Origin: Octopus sinensis
Lineage: Eukaryota
Reading direction: 5' to 3'
Assembly: GCF_006345805.1 (NCBI RefSeq)
Contig: NC_043001.1
Span: forward strand, 117,800,001-117,864,000
Length of the DNA: 64,000 nt
In this document: positions 11,881 through 23,160 of the stretch, one piece after another
Layout: the number at the start of each line of letters is the position of its first letter
Position numbering within the stretch: the first letter of the stretch is position 1
Program-made: the position numbers and the translations under genes
The notes under the pieces: generated by a model
What the model was told of the DNA's origin: nothing
Seen by the model: the letters and a program-made list of their open reading frames with translations, nothing else
Databases searched by the model: none

Positions 11881-12106
11881 TATTTCTTTACTACCCACAA
11901 GGGGCTAAACACAGAGGGGACAAACAAGGACAAACAAACGGATTAAGTCGATTATATCGATCCCAGTGCGTAACTGTTACTTATTTAATCGACCCCGAAA
12001 GGATGAAAGGCAAAGTCGACCTCGGCGGAATTTGAACTCAAAACGTAACGGCAGACGAAATACCGCTAAGCATTTCGCCCGGCGTGCTAACGTTTCTGCC
12101 AGCTCG
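11881..12106 (-). mobile_element. SINE family A (young subfamily A1)
   Basis: Near-perfect reverse complement of the 14991-15207 copy, including the TTGTGGG..AAAGAAATA tail. Confidence 0.93.
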
Positions 12107-12724
12107 ATGCAACCGACTTAGCGCCGTGTCAAGGACAATCACTTTACTCTCAACTTTCATCTACTGTAAAAATTGTGATAGTAATCTTACCAAATGCTGA
12201 GTGGCTTAGTTATGAAATATCGGACTACCAAGTAGACAGACGAGAAGTTCAGAAGCTTGGATTTACTCAAGACCGACTATGATAAATCAGTGACTTCAAA
12301 AAAAAAAAAAAAAAAAAAACCTAATTAATAATGGGATAGCAATTTCTTAATCTCGTGCTGAAATGTCTCAGTGAGCAGGCAGCAACAAATACATCACATG
12401 GACATATTTATGTATCTAAGAACTATTTTACGATATGGTTTTATTTCCTTTTTTCTTTCTTCTGTTAAAATACATTTCGCTTCATATATTTTCCTTTTCT
12501 CTTTCATTCTTTGTTTAAATATTTAGACTTCTGTTGCTGTCTTTTGTTATATTTCTTTATATTCATTATATTGTAAGTTTTATACGTTTCGCCTCTATGG
12601 AATACTTTAAGAAAACTTCAAATAACTTGTATCCAGTAGGCCAGTACCGAATAACAACTCAGCGAGTGATTATTTCATTCAGAATGCTGGTTTTCTATTG
12701 TTATATATGAGTATAGTTATTTAA

Positions 12725-13025
12725 ATAAAGTAAATATTGATATATGTCACCGACCTAACACACCTGCCCCATCTTCTTTATATATAGTTTTATATGGACA
12801 GGTATATAGAAGTGTATAGATGCACTTAAGTGTGTATATACATATATATGTATAGAAATTAAATATAAAATATATATTACAAAGTGGGAAAACACACAAG
12901 GAGACGACACAAAAAAACAGACGGGTCACTCGAAGCCTCTAATCTTCAGTCGGGAACCGGATCATCTTAGTAATTTCGGCTGTTTAATCTCGATATTACT
13001 CCGACCCGGCCAGCCCCAAGGAAAA
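12725..13025 (-). mobile_element. Possible Penelope-like pLTR fragment (third family)
   Basis: The minus strand carries CAGCCGAAA...CTGAAGATTAGAGGCTTCGAG, reminiscent of pLTR hammerhead cores but not canonical. Confidence 0.25.
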
Positions 13026-13653
13026 TGCGTACGTACATACACGCAAACATACATATTCATGTTTGTAATTCGTGAATAATGCATTTATACATGTATATCT
13101 TTGCGTGCATGCGCATACATACGCACATATACGCACGTTTGCGCGCGTACAGAGAGGGGGGGTTGAGGGCTTCACGTACAACTCAATGTCAAATATTAAC
13201 GTTCGGAAACTGGTGAAAGTTGACCACGTCTGCTTAACTGAATATCAAAATTACCTTCGTGAATCCATATTAAAATGGCAGAGATATCAGGATATTATAT
13301 TTACCAGTTTAAGTCAACGAGAAAGAGGATAGAATAACAGGTTTCGAGTCCTGTCAGGAGGAGTCTTGCTGTCCTTTTCTTTCTCAAATTGGTACTGATA
13401 GAAAATCTTAGCTGTTGATTCATAATTTGAACTTTCGTTGTAAATATCGAGTGCGTGTAATGTATGATATTTACATAAACTTAGATAAACTTAGATATGT
13501 TTCGACCAAAGATTGGTCCAGGCCATGTCTAACATATGCTATTTCACCTGACAAACTATGTTGGCCATGAGTGTGTATAACATATAACATCTATATTTGG
13601 AGTTTAACTTTCCTTGCTATGCTGGATTTTAATATTTATAATATTTATATAAT

Positions 13654-14053
13654 ACTAGCAGTATCGCCCGGCGTTGCTCGGGCTTGTAAGGGAAATAACT
13701 ATATAAGCATTTTTAGAGAGTTATAGCCAAAAAATAGCAAAAAATGCATTAAAAATGGAAAAAAAATGATGGTAATTTTTTTTAAAAATCGTTGACTCAT
13801 CGTAGACATTTTTAGAGAGTTACTTCCCTTAAATAATAGCGAAAAAAATGCATTAAAATGAAAAAAAATTATGGTAATTTTTTTTTTAAATCGTAGACTC
13901 ATCGTAGACGCGCGCTAATACCCAGAAGGGCTCGATATGAATCACGACTATAAGATACCCGGTTTTGGTTAAACTGCACCGCAAAATGTGGGAGTAGTTA
14001 GGAATCTAAATCGTAGGAGACAGGCACACAACCTCTCTTTTATATATAAAGAT
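13654..14053 (+). mobile_element. Non-autonomous Helitron/Helentron-like element (HINE/DINE type) with an internal ~100-bp tandem duplication
   Basis: Starts ACTAGCAGTATCGCCCGGCGTTGCTCGGG (subterminal hairpin) and ends TTTTATATATAAAGAT. Units at 13708-13806 and 13807-13909. Confidence 0.6.
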
Positions 14054-14263
14054 TTATAAATGGAGTTTTTAACTTGCCCTACTCTGTTAGACATTAGTAT
14101 ATATCGTACATAAAATTTATATTGGGAGTTTCACTTACCCTGCTATACTAAATAACTTACCAATTACTTCGTTAATACCGTCGCTCGCGCGCGCACACAA
14201 ATACACATATACACACGTACGTGTGTGTTTGTGCTTGTCCCTCACTGTTTGATAATCGGTGTT

Positions 14264-14645
14264 CAGTGATCCCTCGTTTATCGGGGTAGACTGGTTCCGA
14301 AACCGGCTCTTTTTTGCGAGGCTGCAAAAACATTGTGATAGGAAGTTGCTGCTGCCGCTGCTTCTTTTTCCGTTCAAAGAGCATCTTGTAGGGATTCATG
14401 ACTTCGTCGACCTTGTTGCAAAATTTCACAGAACGAACCATATCGTCGTCCCATTCTTGTGACCCATCTTTCAATTCTTTAGCCAGGTTGCAGAGCTTGG
14501 CCAACCGCTCCAAAGTCAAGCCAGTTTGGTCGACAACTTCTTCCGTTTCTTGTTGCGTTTCTTCTTCTTCTCCTTCGCTGGCCGACTTCGTCAAGTCTTC
14601 GAGGTCTGCGTCGGTTAGCGGCTGGGAGTGGCAGTGACTGCTCGA
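14264..14645 (-). mobile_element. Tigger (pogo) transposon 3' fragment
   Basis: TIR-like CAGTGATCCCTCGTTTATCG at 14264. Transposase C-terminus LTLERLA...WDDDMVRS...KKKQRQQQLPITMFL. Confidence 0.8.
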
Positions 14646-14689
14646 AGTAAAAAAAAAAGGTGATATACAAATAATGGAATTGGTTTATA

Positions 14690-15600
14690 TGTTCAAAGCT
14701 GGACATATAATTTATATGTATGTACAAGGATATGGATACCAATATTCCATTTTGCCAATGGAACAAAAATGTATCAGGAGGAAATGCAGAGGTATCAAAG
14801 ACCAATCATTGATAGACAAAATAGTAATGCAAGATTGTAAGTGAAAGAGCACAAATTTGGGAATGGCCTGGATTGTTTTGTGAAAAGCTTACGATATGAT
14901 TCCACATTCGTGGATCATTGAGTGCTTAGTTATGTTTGAAATTGCAAGGAACTTAACGTGTTTTTTTGAAAAGAAGTACGGATACTTTAAGGCGGCAAGC
15001 TGGCAGAAACGTTAGAACGCCAGGCGAAATGCTTAGCGGTATTTCGTCTGCCGTTACGTTCTGAGTTCAAATTCCGCCGAGGTCGACTTTACCTTTCATC
15101 CTTTCGGGTTCAATAAATTAAGTAGCAGTTGCGCACTGGGGTCGATGTAATCGACTTAATCCATTTGTCTGTCCTTGTTTGTCCCCTTGTGGGCAATAAA
15201 GAAATAAGAACTATAGATACTTACACGATAAGGTAGCGAAAGTGCTACATTGGAAACTGGCGAAAAGTGGGGGCAGAGAACGGTGGAGTTGGAGACTTGC
15301 AAAATCCCCTGGGATTTCTCAATCCAAACAGATCAAGCGCTAGAACATAACAGACCGGACCTAGTGGTAGTCGTCAAGATGCACTACATGTGCTACATGG
15401 TTGATGTTGCGTGCCCCTTTGACCCACGAATAGTCAAGATGGAAGGCCGAAGAAATAGATAATACAACTCTCTTAATTACGAAATAGCCTGGCTGTGGAA
15501 AATGAAGAAGGTTGAAGATAATGCCAATTATTGTTAGGTCCTTGGGGATGGTATCAGAAGGGTTTATAAAAGCATTGAGGATTGTATAAAATGGTACATG
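14690..15600 (+). mobile_element. Decayed R4/Dong-clade non-LTR retrotransposon (RT fragment + REL endonuclease fragment)
   Basis: EQKC.R..CRG.KDQ.LIDK, MAWI..KAYDMIPHSWIIECL; after the SINE, HDKVAKVLHW, WDFSIQTD..LEHNRPDLVVV, DVACPFD. Confidence 0.85.
14991..15207 (+). mobile_element. SINE family A (A1)
   Basis: GGCGGCAAGCTGGCAGAAACGTTAG (A-box-like) ... GAGTTCAAATTCC (B-box-like) ... tail AAAGAAATA. Confidence 0.93.
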
Positions 15601-16150
15601 AAAGAGCGTGTAAATAGGAGAGTGACAGTAACAAAGAAAAATATATTCAAAACAATGAATAATTCCTCAAAAGAGGAAAAAAACTCCAAGTGCTATTCTT
15701 GTTAATCCCACAAAGCCACATCCACCCTGGCCACTAATGCAAGTGATTTCTTGTTGTTTTTCTTCAATCGCAGGTGCATGCTTAGAGTAAACTCGTCCAC
15801 TCATTCACCTCTCGACAAATTTGCTGGGTGGCAGCACTTACATCCGCATCCTCATTTTTCTCTTCAAATGAAATGTGAGAGAGTTGATGAGAGCTCGGCC
15901 GAGAACTGAAGTCTGTCTTGAGTCTGTCTTCAACTCTTTCAATGTAGTCCACTGCACAACATTTTAGCTAAGTCATCGGACAGATAAATAGATAAATACT
16001 GCCTGTCCAGAGGAAGGCGTCCGAACCATCTTTACAATGGAGTTAGCTGATAGTTGGATCCGCTCTACAAGTGACAGCAAATTTCTGACTTAACTCCACA
16101 ATCCAACAATACTTTGACAGTGAATGAATGCTCGCAAAAGTTTCGTCGCT

Positions 16151-16272
16151 CCGCGCCTATATTGGGTGTGGACCGGTTGACGCCACTTCCGCGCCTATAT
16201 TGGGTGTGGACCGGTTGACGCCACTTCCGCGCCTATATTGGGTGTGGACCGGTTGACGTCACTTCCGCGCCT
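16151..16272. repeat. 38-bp GC-rich minisatellite, 3.2 copies
   Basis: CCGCGCCTATATTGGGTGTGGACCGGTTGACGCCACTT at 16151, 16189 and 16227 (one substitution) plus a partial copy at 16265. No spacers. Confidence 0.97.
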
Positions 16273-16279
16273 GACTCCG

Positions 16280-17990
16280 TTGCATCCAGTATCATGTTTC
16301 CTTCTCTCAGGATTGCAGCTCTGTCAAGATGACTTTCGGAAAGACTTGCTTCATAAACAGTACCCACATCCGTTCACCGTCTAAGGATGCCTACAGGTTG
16401 CGCAGGTTCAGCGCGTCTCTGCAGCTAGAACTTTTCTAATACGCCATTAAGAGGTTACTAGCAATAGACAGAGCATCTGACAAATGGAACGCGTCACTTC
16501 CACAAGCAATTGAATAGCAGACAAGGTAATAATTAGGACAAGGCACGAAGATCAGGTGGTAAACAATAACAGAATCAATGTTGTCATTCGTTATCACTGC
16601 CCTGTCTTTTAGAAGCAGCTTCCTTTCGGCCCATTCCTGAGCAAGACTTTCCACCTTTGTTTGTTAGCTCATCCCAGTTCCGGTCCACCAGAGAGTCAGG
16701 TCAGTTTAACAGGTCCGTCAGTGTAGCGCTTCACGACTCCTTCCTACGGCATGGACCATCCCTGGTACGGAGTTGTAAGACCACCGACATCTCCGGGTTG
16801 ATTTTGACTCCTGTCACAGCCTTATATTTCTTTAAAAAGATGGTAACTGCTTGCACTTCGGTAACACCTGAATCTATGACGATGACGTCATCCACATAAG
16901 CCGATATGGCCCTCCCAGTTTCAAGTTCAAAAGAAATGCCTCTCAGTTGTTCCAACTTCTGCTGCAGTTACTCAAAAGTCACCACGTACAGAAGAAACGA
17001 GAGAAGCGGCTCTGTGGAACTGAGCCTGCGATACGAAACTATTCAGTAAGACGCCCCCGTTTACGTTAATCACGCATTACAGCAAACCAGCCTCTGAAAA
17101 CGGGTCAGAATCTGACAGCTTTCTGGCGGCTTCCAAGTAACGATAGTCGATACTATCTAAAGTTTTCGACTGATCTTAGTTGATTAAGCCCACTGAAGCC
17201 AGTTTTGTTCCCAACCATCTTCATGATGTATGGTATAAGGTGGAGGTTATTGGATATGGACCAGTTCAGGATTGTGCACGTTTGCTTTTCCTCGACCCGA
17301 CCACCGACAACAAACACCAACCATTTCGCTAATACCTTAGCCAAAATTTTTAACTCTGTATTTAGCAGAATTATGGCCCAAAAATGACCCATAACATCCC
17401 CTTTCTCAGCGTCTTTTCTCAGCAGTGTTACCACTCCCGGCTTACAGCATTCAGAATTCTCCAATTCTGGTGTCAGTTGCAGTAGGGATCTGCCAAGGGA
17501 TCACCAAACTTATCGGCTTTTTGCAATATTTCATGGTCTTCTGCCAAAAATAATGACAGGCTATCAAGGCAGGAAATAAAGTCCACTGTCGATGCCCACC
17601 CATCGTCCATCCGAAATGTCAAGCGATATGCTGTTGGAAAGAGGCACACATCTGCTCCGTCATAAACTTGACTGTGGTTTTGTCACCTCACACCTTCGTC
17701 ACTCAGGTCCAACGAATAGCTTTTGTTCTTTTATGTCTTAGTACATGGGCCTCAGGTCTGCTAACATACTCTTCGGGTTTGGTTTCACTCAGAAGAAATG
17801 TTCAAAGCCTATTCTCCTCGCTTGCACATCGGTTGCGATATCTTTACTTATCGTCTCTTCAAGACAGCTAGCTAGTTCCCTCACTAATCGATTTCTCAAT
17901 ATCGCTAGTACTTTGCCAAACGTTACCGATTCTGTTCTAATCTCCCACTTTATAGCACTCTACTTTCGGTTGTTGGTGATTGTTCCCGTT
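16280..17990 (-). mobile_element. Decayed, internally deleted L1/Tx1-clade LINE (RT region)
   Basis: VVTLLRKD, IILLNTELKILAKVLAK, QTC.I...SI..NLHL and ISAYVDDVIV (YADD-like). Confidence 0.85.
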
Positions 17991-18502
17991 AACTGTTGAT
18001 TAACTAATTCATTAATCCACTCCCTCTAGTCTTTGTGCATTGTTAGTGATACATTCAATTTCCTGTAACCGGCTCCTATCTATGCTTCCTATCTAAGTCG
18101 ACCAAGTAAATCTCAAATGTCTAGTCTATGTAGCTAATCAATCGGAATCGTGAACGTTCTCCTTTATTCCTATGCATTGTCCTAACAAATATTTTACGTA
18201 GATACCGACTGAGGGCGCTCCATGTTCTCATACTGAAATTACAAGAAACTAAAGGATACGGTCTTTTCTCATTTGACATGAAATATTTTTAGAGACACTT
18301 ATTCAAATAACTATGTATCCAATTATTGACCTGGGTATCTCCGCAATCTGTCTGACCAGGGCTGAACTGGTTCCAAACAACAATAGCGACGACGACTCAA
18401 ACAACATATCCGAGGAAAACTGTGCCACTTCTTTACCGTTCACCTAAAATATCTGAAGACTTATGTCACTAAGAAAACAATATTGAGGATATAGAAACTT
18501 AC

Positions 18503-18634
18503 CTGAAGCTCTCCACCACACTAGGGCGTTGATATAATCTCTTAGGAAGTGAAAAGTACCCCAGACGCTGATTTTAAACAATGCCATAAACATATAATCG
18601 GAATCCAAAGAATCTGATGATGTGTCAGTAACAG
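18503..18634 (-). CDS. Candidate orphan 132-nt exon (phase 1-1) of an unidentified minus-strand gene
   Basis: Acceptor CTCTCCAATGTACTTAG| and donor TTCAG|GTAAGT. Only one frame is open: AVTDTSSDSLDSDYMFMALFKISVWGTFHFLRDYINALVWWRASG. Confidence 0.35.
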
Positions 18635-19749
18635 CTAAGTACATTGGAGAGTTTGAAGAACATTGAAGAGTTGAGTTATCATGAAGAGGAATGAAGAATT
18701 TAATGTTTCAGCACTTTGCCCTTTATCTAATAATAAAGAAAATAGATGGATTGAAAGAGAGTGACAGAGACAGACAGAGACAGAAAGAGAGGAGGAAGGG
18801 AAGGGGGATGAAGAGAGAGAGGGACAATGGTGTTATGTTGTAGATTCTGGGCAAACTTCATTTCTCATCCATATTCAGTCAAATGGTAAGGGCTCGAAAA
18901 TATATCCGTGTACACACACACACATACACACACACACGCACACACACTCACACACACACAACATGCATGCACACATAGATGTATATTTGTATCTGTGTGT
19001 GTATAAATATATATACATACATACACAGACACACACACACACACATATATATATATATCAATGTATTTGTAATGAGACTGAGGCCATAAAGCTTTTACAA
19101 TTGCTGCGGTTACATATACACAGACCGACATTCTAACGTGTACATAAGCACATAGACTCATGCATACTGACATGCATACACAATGACCCACATACACAAT
19201 ACATATACAATTTACATACATAATACAAGTATATGTACACGATTACATGCGTACATTTACAAATACACACACACACATGCATATACAAAATACATACATA
19301 CCTACACACACATAACGCTTCCATACAGATTCGCATATCTTCGAACACAAATCTGACATATATACACCTAATCATATATCTTAATAGATACGTGGATACA
19401 AAAAATACTCGCATCTAAACAATATACACACTATGAAATGTGGCGCCTCAACTTCTAGGACATTTCATTTTGATCGAAACAATTTATTCCAGGCTATACG
19501 TTACTTGGCTCTGCTCTCATATTTTCGTTAATTGATCCAACAGCTCTTGATCATGGTGCTGCTGATGTTCCTCTTTTTCTACTACTACTACTTCTACTAT
19601 TACTACTACTACTACTATTCTTCAGGCATGTTATTTTTTTAATTTTTAGTTATAAATTTTTCTCTTGTGTTATATTTTATCTAGTTTTTTTTTTCTTGGC
19701 ATATTGAAGAAAGTTTTCTTTAACTTTGTGAGGTCAAACACACATATTA

Positions 19750-19865
19750 CGGTCTTCCACGCGGTTCCTTTCAACCAAATTCACTTACAAGACTGGTCAG
19801 CCCAAGGCTACAGTAGAAGACAGTTAGTTGCCCGAGGCAGTGAGATTGAACCTGAAACCACGTCT
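19750..19865 (-). mobile_element. Degenerate partial SINE family B
   Basis: Diverged CAACCAAATTCACTTACAAG...GGCTACAGTAGAAGAC...GCAGTGAGATTGAACC. Confidence 0.6.
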
Positions 19866-20087
19866 GCGTGCATATACTAACAATATATATATATATATAG
19901 TTTGTATATGCACGCAGACGTGGTTTCGAATGTGCTATGAAGATGACGAATATTATTTTCGGAATTTCTTTCGAAAGTACCGATTAACATTGGAAGCGGA
20001 AACGGCCGTAAGAAATGTTATGTCATGTTTTCTATTAAAAAATAATCAATTTGTTTGTTTGTTTCTCCATTTTCTGATTACTTAAAT

Positions 20088-20089
20088 TT

Positions 20090-20122
<33 letters not shown>

Positions 20123-20180
20123 ATATATATACATACATATATATATATATACATATATACATATATATTTGTATATATAT

Positions 20181-20238
<58 letters not shown>

Positions 20239-20277
20239 TGTATGTATGTATGTATGTATGTATGTATGTATGTATGT
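20088..20277. repeat. (TA)n/(TATG)n microsatellite
   Basis: Direct reading. Confidence 0.95.
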
Positions 20278-20835
20278 TTGTGTCAGGTCACTTTCGAGTG
20301 CTACTGGTAACATGAAACCCACTACAACCTGTTGCATGGTCGGGTCGTCGGCGACTAAACCGGCAAGCCCACCAAGCTTGCTTGGTGAGGAGGGTGTTTA
20401 TTGGACACTCTGCGGGATGAAAAACAAAACCCGTTAAAAGGCGGAGGAACTCTTGAGAGTCAAAGGCCATCCAATAAATGTCTTAAGTCTGTATCATGCG
20501 CGGGGACATAGAAATAATCGGACTGAATACCCGATCGCGCGGTTAAACCATTGGAGTGAAGGACTCCTAGCCTTTGTTAGGGCATCCTTCTAGGAGAAGG
20601 TAACTCAGGTAACTGGGATAACTCCGACATAAAACCTGCGGCTCAGTGGTTACCGATGATGTTGACTTGTTCTTCTTTTCGGATTATGGCTGCTGTTGCT
20701 TAGTGAGTGGTATTGACTCAGTGTACAGCCTTTCTTCACTTTAAAAAAAAATCTTCTTGCACAGGCATTGCATGATAACAACATAGATTAAGCTTCGTGC
20801 AATGGCCATACTCGATAACGAGGGGACAGCCACCA
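20278..20835 (+). mobile_element. Non-autonomous RTE-derived element (RTE-like 5' UTR fused to RTE 3' tail)
   Basis: RTE-type 5' UTR motif GGGCATCCTTCTAGGAGAAGGTAACTC. The 3' 45 bp are near-identical to the tail at 29126-29170. No ORF. Flanked by TATG repeats. Confidence 0.65.
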
Positions 20836-20847
20836 TGTATGTATTTA

Positions 20848-20889
<42 letters not shown>

Positions 20890-20892
20890 ATA

Positions 20893-21094
20893 TATTTTAT
20901 AGAAGGAGCTTCTACAGGACTAGAACTGTTTCATTCAGATGAAATCTTCAGGAAGCTTTCTTCCTGAAGATTTCATCTGAATGAAACAGTTCTAGTCCTG
21001 TAGAAGCTCCTTCTATAAAATAAATTACTTTACTCTGCTATGTATTGAGTACCTTATTTACTGTGGTTAACCCCGACTCAACCCGGGACCTACA
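20893..21094 (+). mobile_element. Short Penelope-like pLTR insertion with a perfect 5' inverted copy (63-bp arms, 4-nt loop)
   Basis: 20893-20955 is the exact reverse complement of 20960-21022. Hammerhead-like CTGAAGA(20964)..GAAAC(20983)..GTC(20995). Lies inside (TA)n. Confidence 0.6.
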
Positions 21095-21285
21095 TATATA
21101 TATATATATATATATATATACTCACACACACACATACACACACACACATTATCTATTCATAATCCACTGTGTATTAGTACCCTAGTAATTATCACTACAC
21201 TGTCAGACTATTACTACCCTGCTAATTCATACAGTTGTAAATGAGAATCATTGAATAATTACCATTCAAAGATGCTGTTATATTA

Positions 21286-21477
21286 CAGGACGGTCATTTT
21301 TTTCCTTGCAAAATAAACACACGCACTGTATATTCGTTCTTCATTCGTTTATTATTGATCTTATTTTATCTTATGTCCATTGTCGTTTAATATTTCGGTG
21401 TCATAAATAATAAACGAGTGAAAAACGAATATATAGTGCGTGTGTTTATTTGGCAAGGCAAAAAAATGACCGTCCCG
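21286..21477. mobile_element. 192-bp hairpin MITE (Tc1/mariner-type, TA at left flank)
   Basis: ~75-bp imperfect inverted arms (CAGGACGGTCATTTT... / ...AAAATGACCGTCCCG) around a short AT-rich loop. Confidence 0.8.
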
Positions 21478-22599
21478 AATGACGATTTCAATACACGATT
21501 TCACATCAGGAATCTTGCGAAACAAATTCATATTCAAAGACAGTTTTCGTTGTAGTAGCATCAATGAAGCGAAATTATATATCATTCAATCCCATCACAT
21601 ACACACACATGCATACACACACGCAAACACACTCACGCACTCAGACATATTGTGTTTGTGTTTGCGTCCGTATGTGATTAGATATATGAGTGTGTGTGTG
21701 TGTGTGTATGTATATATACATGCAAACCATTCCACGCAACAATGCCATTCATACGTATGCAGATGCATAAATACATACGTCACTATCCAGCTGATATACT
21801 CTAAATTAAAACAATTAAACCGCTCTGTATGTAATCATTTAATCATAAAGCAAGAAAACTTGTGCGCGAGTCAGAGTGTGGGTGTACATATTCGCTAGCA
21901 GTAATACTTGACTTTGCCTGAATTTATTGATACCCGAAATAAATACCATCAGGTAAATTCACGTTATTTTGAGTAAATGGCTTTTAAAAGGTGCTGATAA
22001 TCTATTCTTTGAACAAATTATTTTGAACAAAGTTAATTTTTCAGATTCAACATGTATATATATTATTTACAAAAAATATACATTGGACGAAAATTGAGGA
22101 GGAGTGAAACAGACCAGCTGTTCTCATTTCAAGGCTTCCCTGGGAAACAGTATTTCCACCCACGATATTACGTTTAGATAAAGACTATTCGGGCTTCCAA
22201 GTTCTCCTTGAGTGAAGCAACACTCTTCTATCTGCAATCCAGCCATCTTTAACCTAACCGTGACATTTATTAATAACTGAAACATCTCTTATTCATGTCA
22301 TGAATATGAATAATGGGAAATACACATTCCTCATTAAAATACAATTTTCTTTCATAGTAAGTATATATTCTTCAAAATTTCCATTTCTATGAAGCATCAG
22401 AACAGTCGCTCAGTTTCTGGCCTTGAAACACATGCAAAATTGCAACTGCTTCAGTGCAAAACTGAAATTAATTGCTCAGACATGTAACTATAAATGCACT
22501 CTCACACAGGCGCGCGCGCGTTTGTAAGTATTATTTGTGCATTATTTAAAATGCACGACAATATTTTTGAAAGGCTTCGCGCAATCTTTTGCTTAGCTC

Positions 22600-23160
22600 G
22601 TGAGGCTGTCTCACCTTTTTGAAAATATTACAGACAAAGAAGCAATACGTGAAATGGGCTGAACAGATTAGCCGATATAAAGGAAAAGTCTGATAATCTA
22701 ATTTCCATTAACACAGCTCTTGATGAAGTTCTCCCATTGTCCTGTTATAAAGCACCAGGTGCAGATTTAATTCCTTCTGAAATATATGCCTACAGTGGTA
22801 AAACGCAAGTTGGTAAAGAACCAAAGTATTTTCTCTTACATTGTCAAAAATGCTACAAACTTTCGCTGGAGTAGAACAAAGATTATCAACTGCTGGCAAA
22901 ATCCTTGCAAGAATACACTTGAATCAACTCATTCACTTTCTTGCCACTAACGATTTCTCACCAGAGAGCCAATGTGGCTTCCGTTATTAAAAGGGGTCCT
23001 ATTGATATGATCTCCGCAGTAAGACAATACCAGGATAAGTATACAGAGCAAAATGAAGCCCCATAAATGAACTTTGTTGATTTCATGACGGCTTTCGACA
23101 CAGTGTATCGTGTTGGTTTGTTAAATATGGTTATCCACCCATGTATCCATGTTATCCACC
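22600..23160 (+). mobile_element. Decayed RTE-clade LINE RT fragment
   Basis: KAPGADLIPSEIY, LSTAGKILARI, PESQCGFR, IDMISAVRQ.Q.K..EQN, FVDF..AFDTV.R. Confidence 0.8.

Noticed and set aside
16151-16272. 38-bp direct repeats as a CRISPR array
   Set aside because: The units are head-to-tail with no spacers, there are no cas genes, and the context is eukaryotic.
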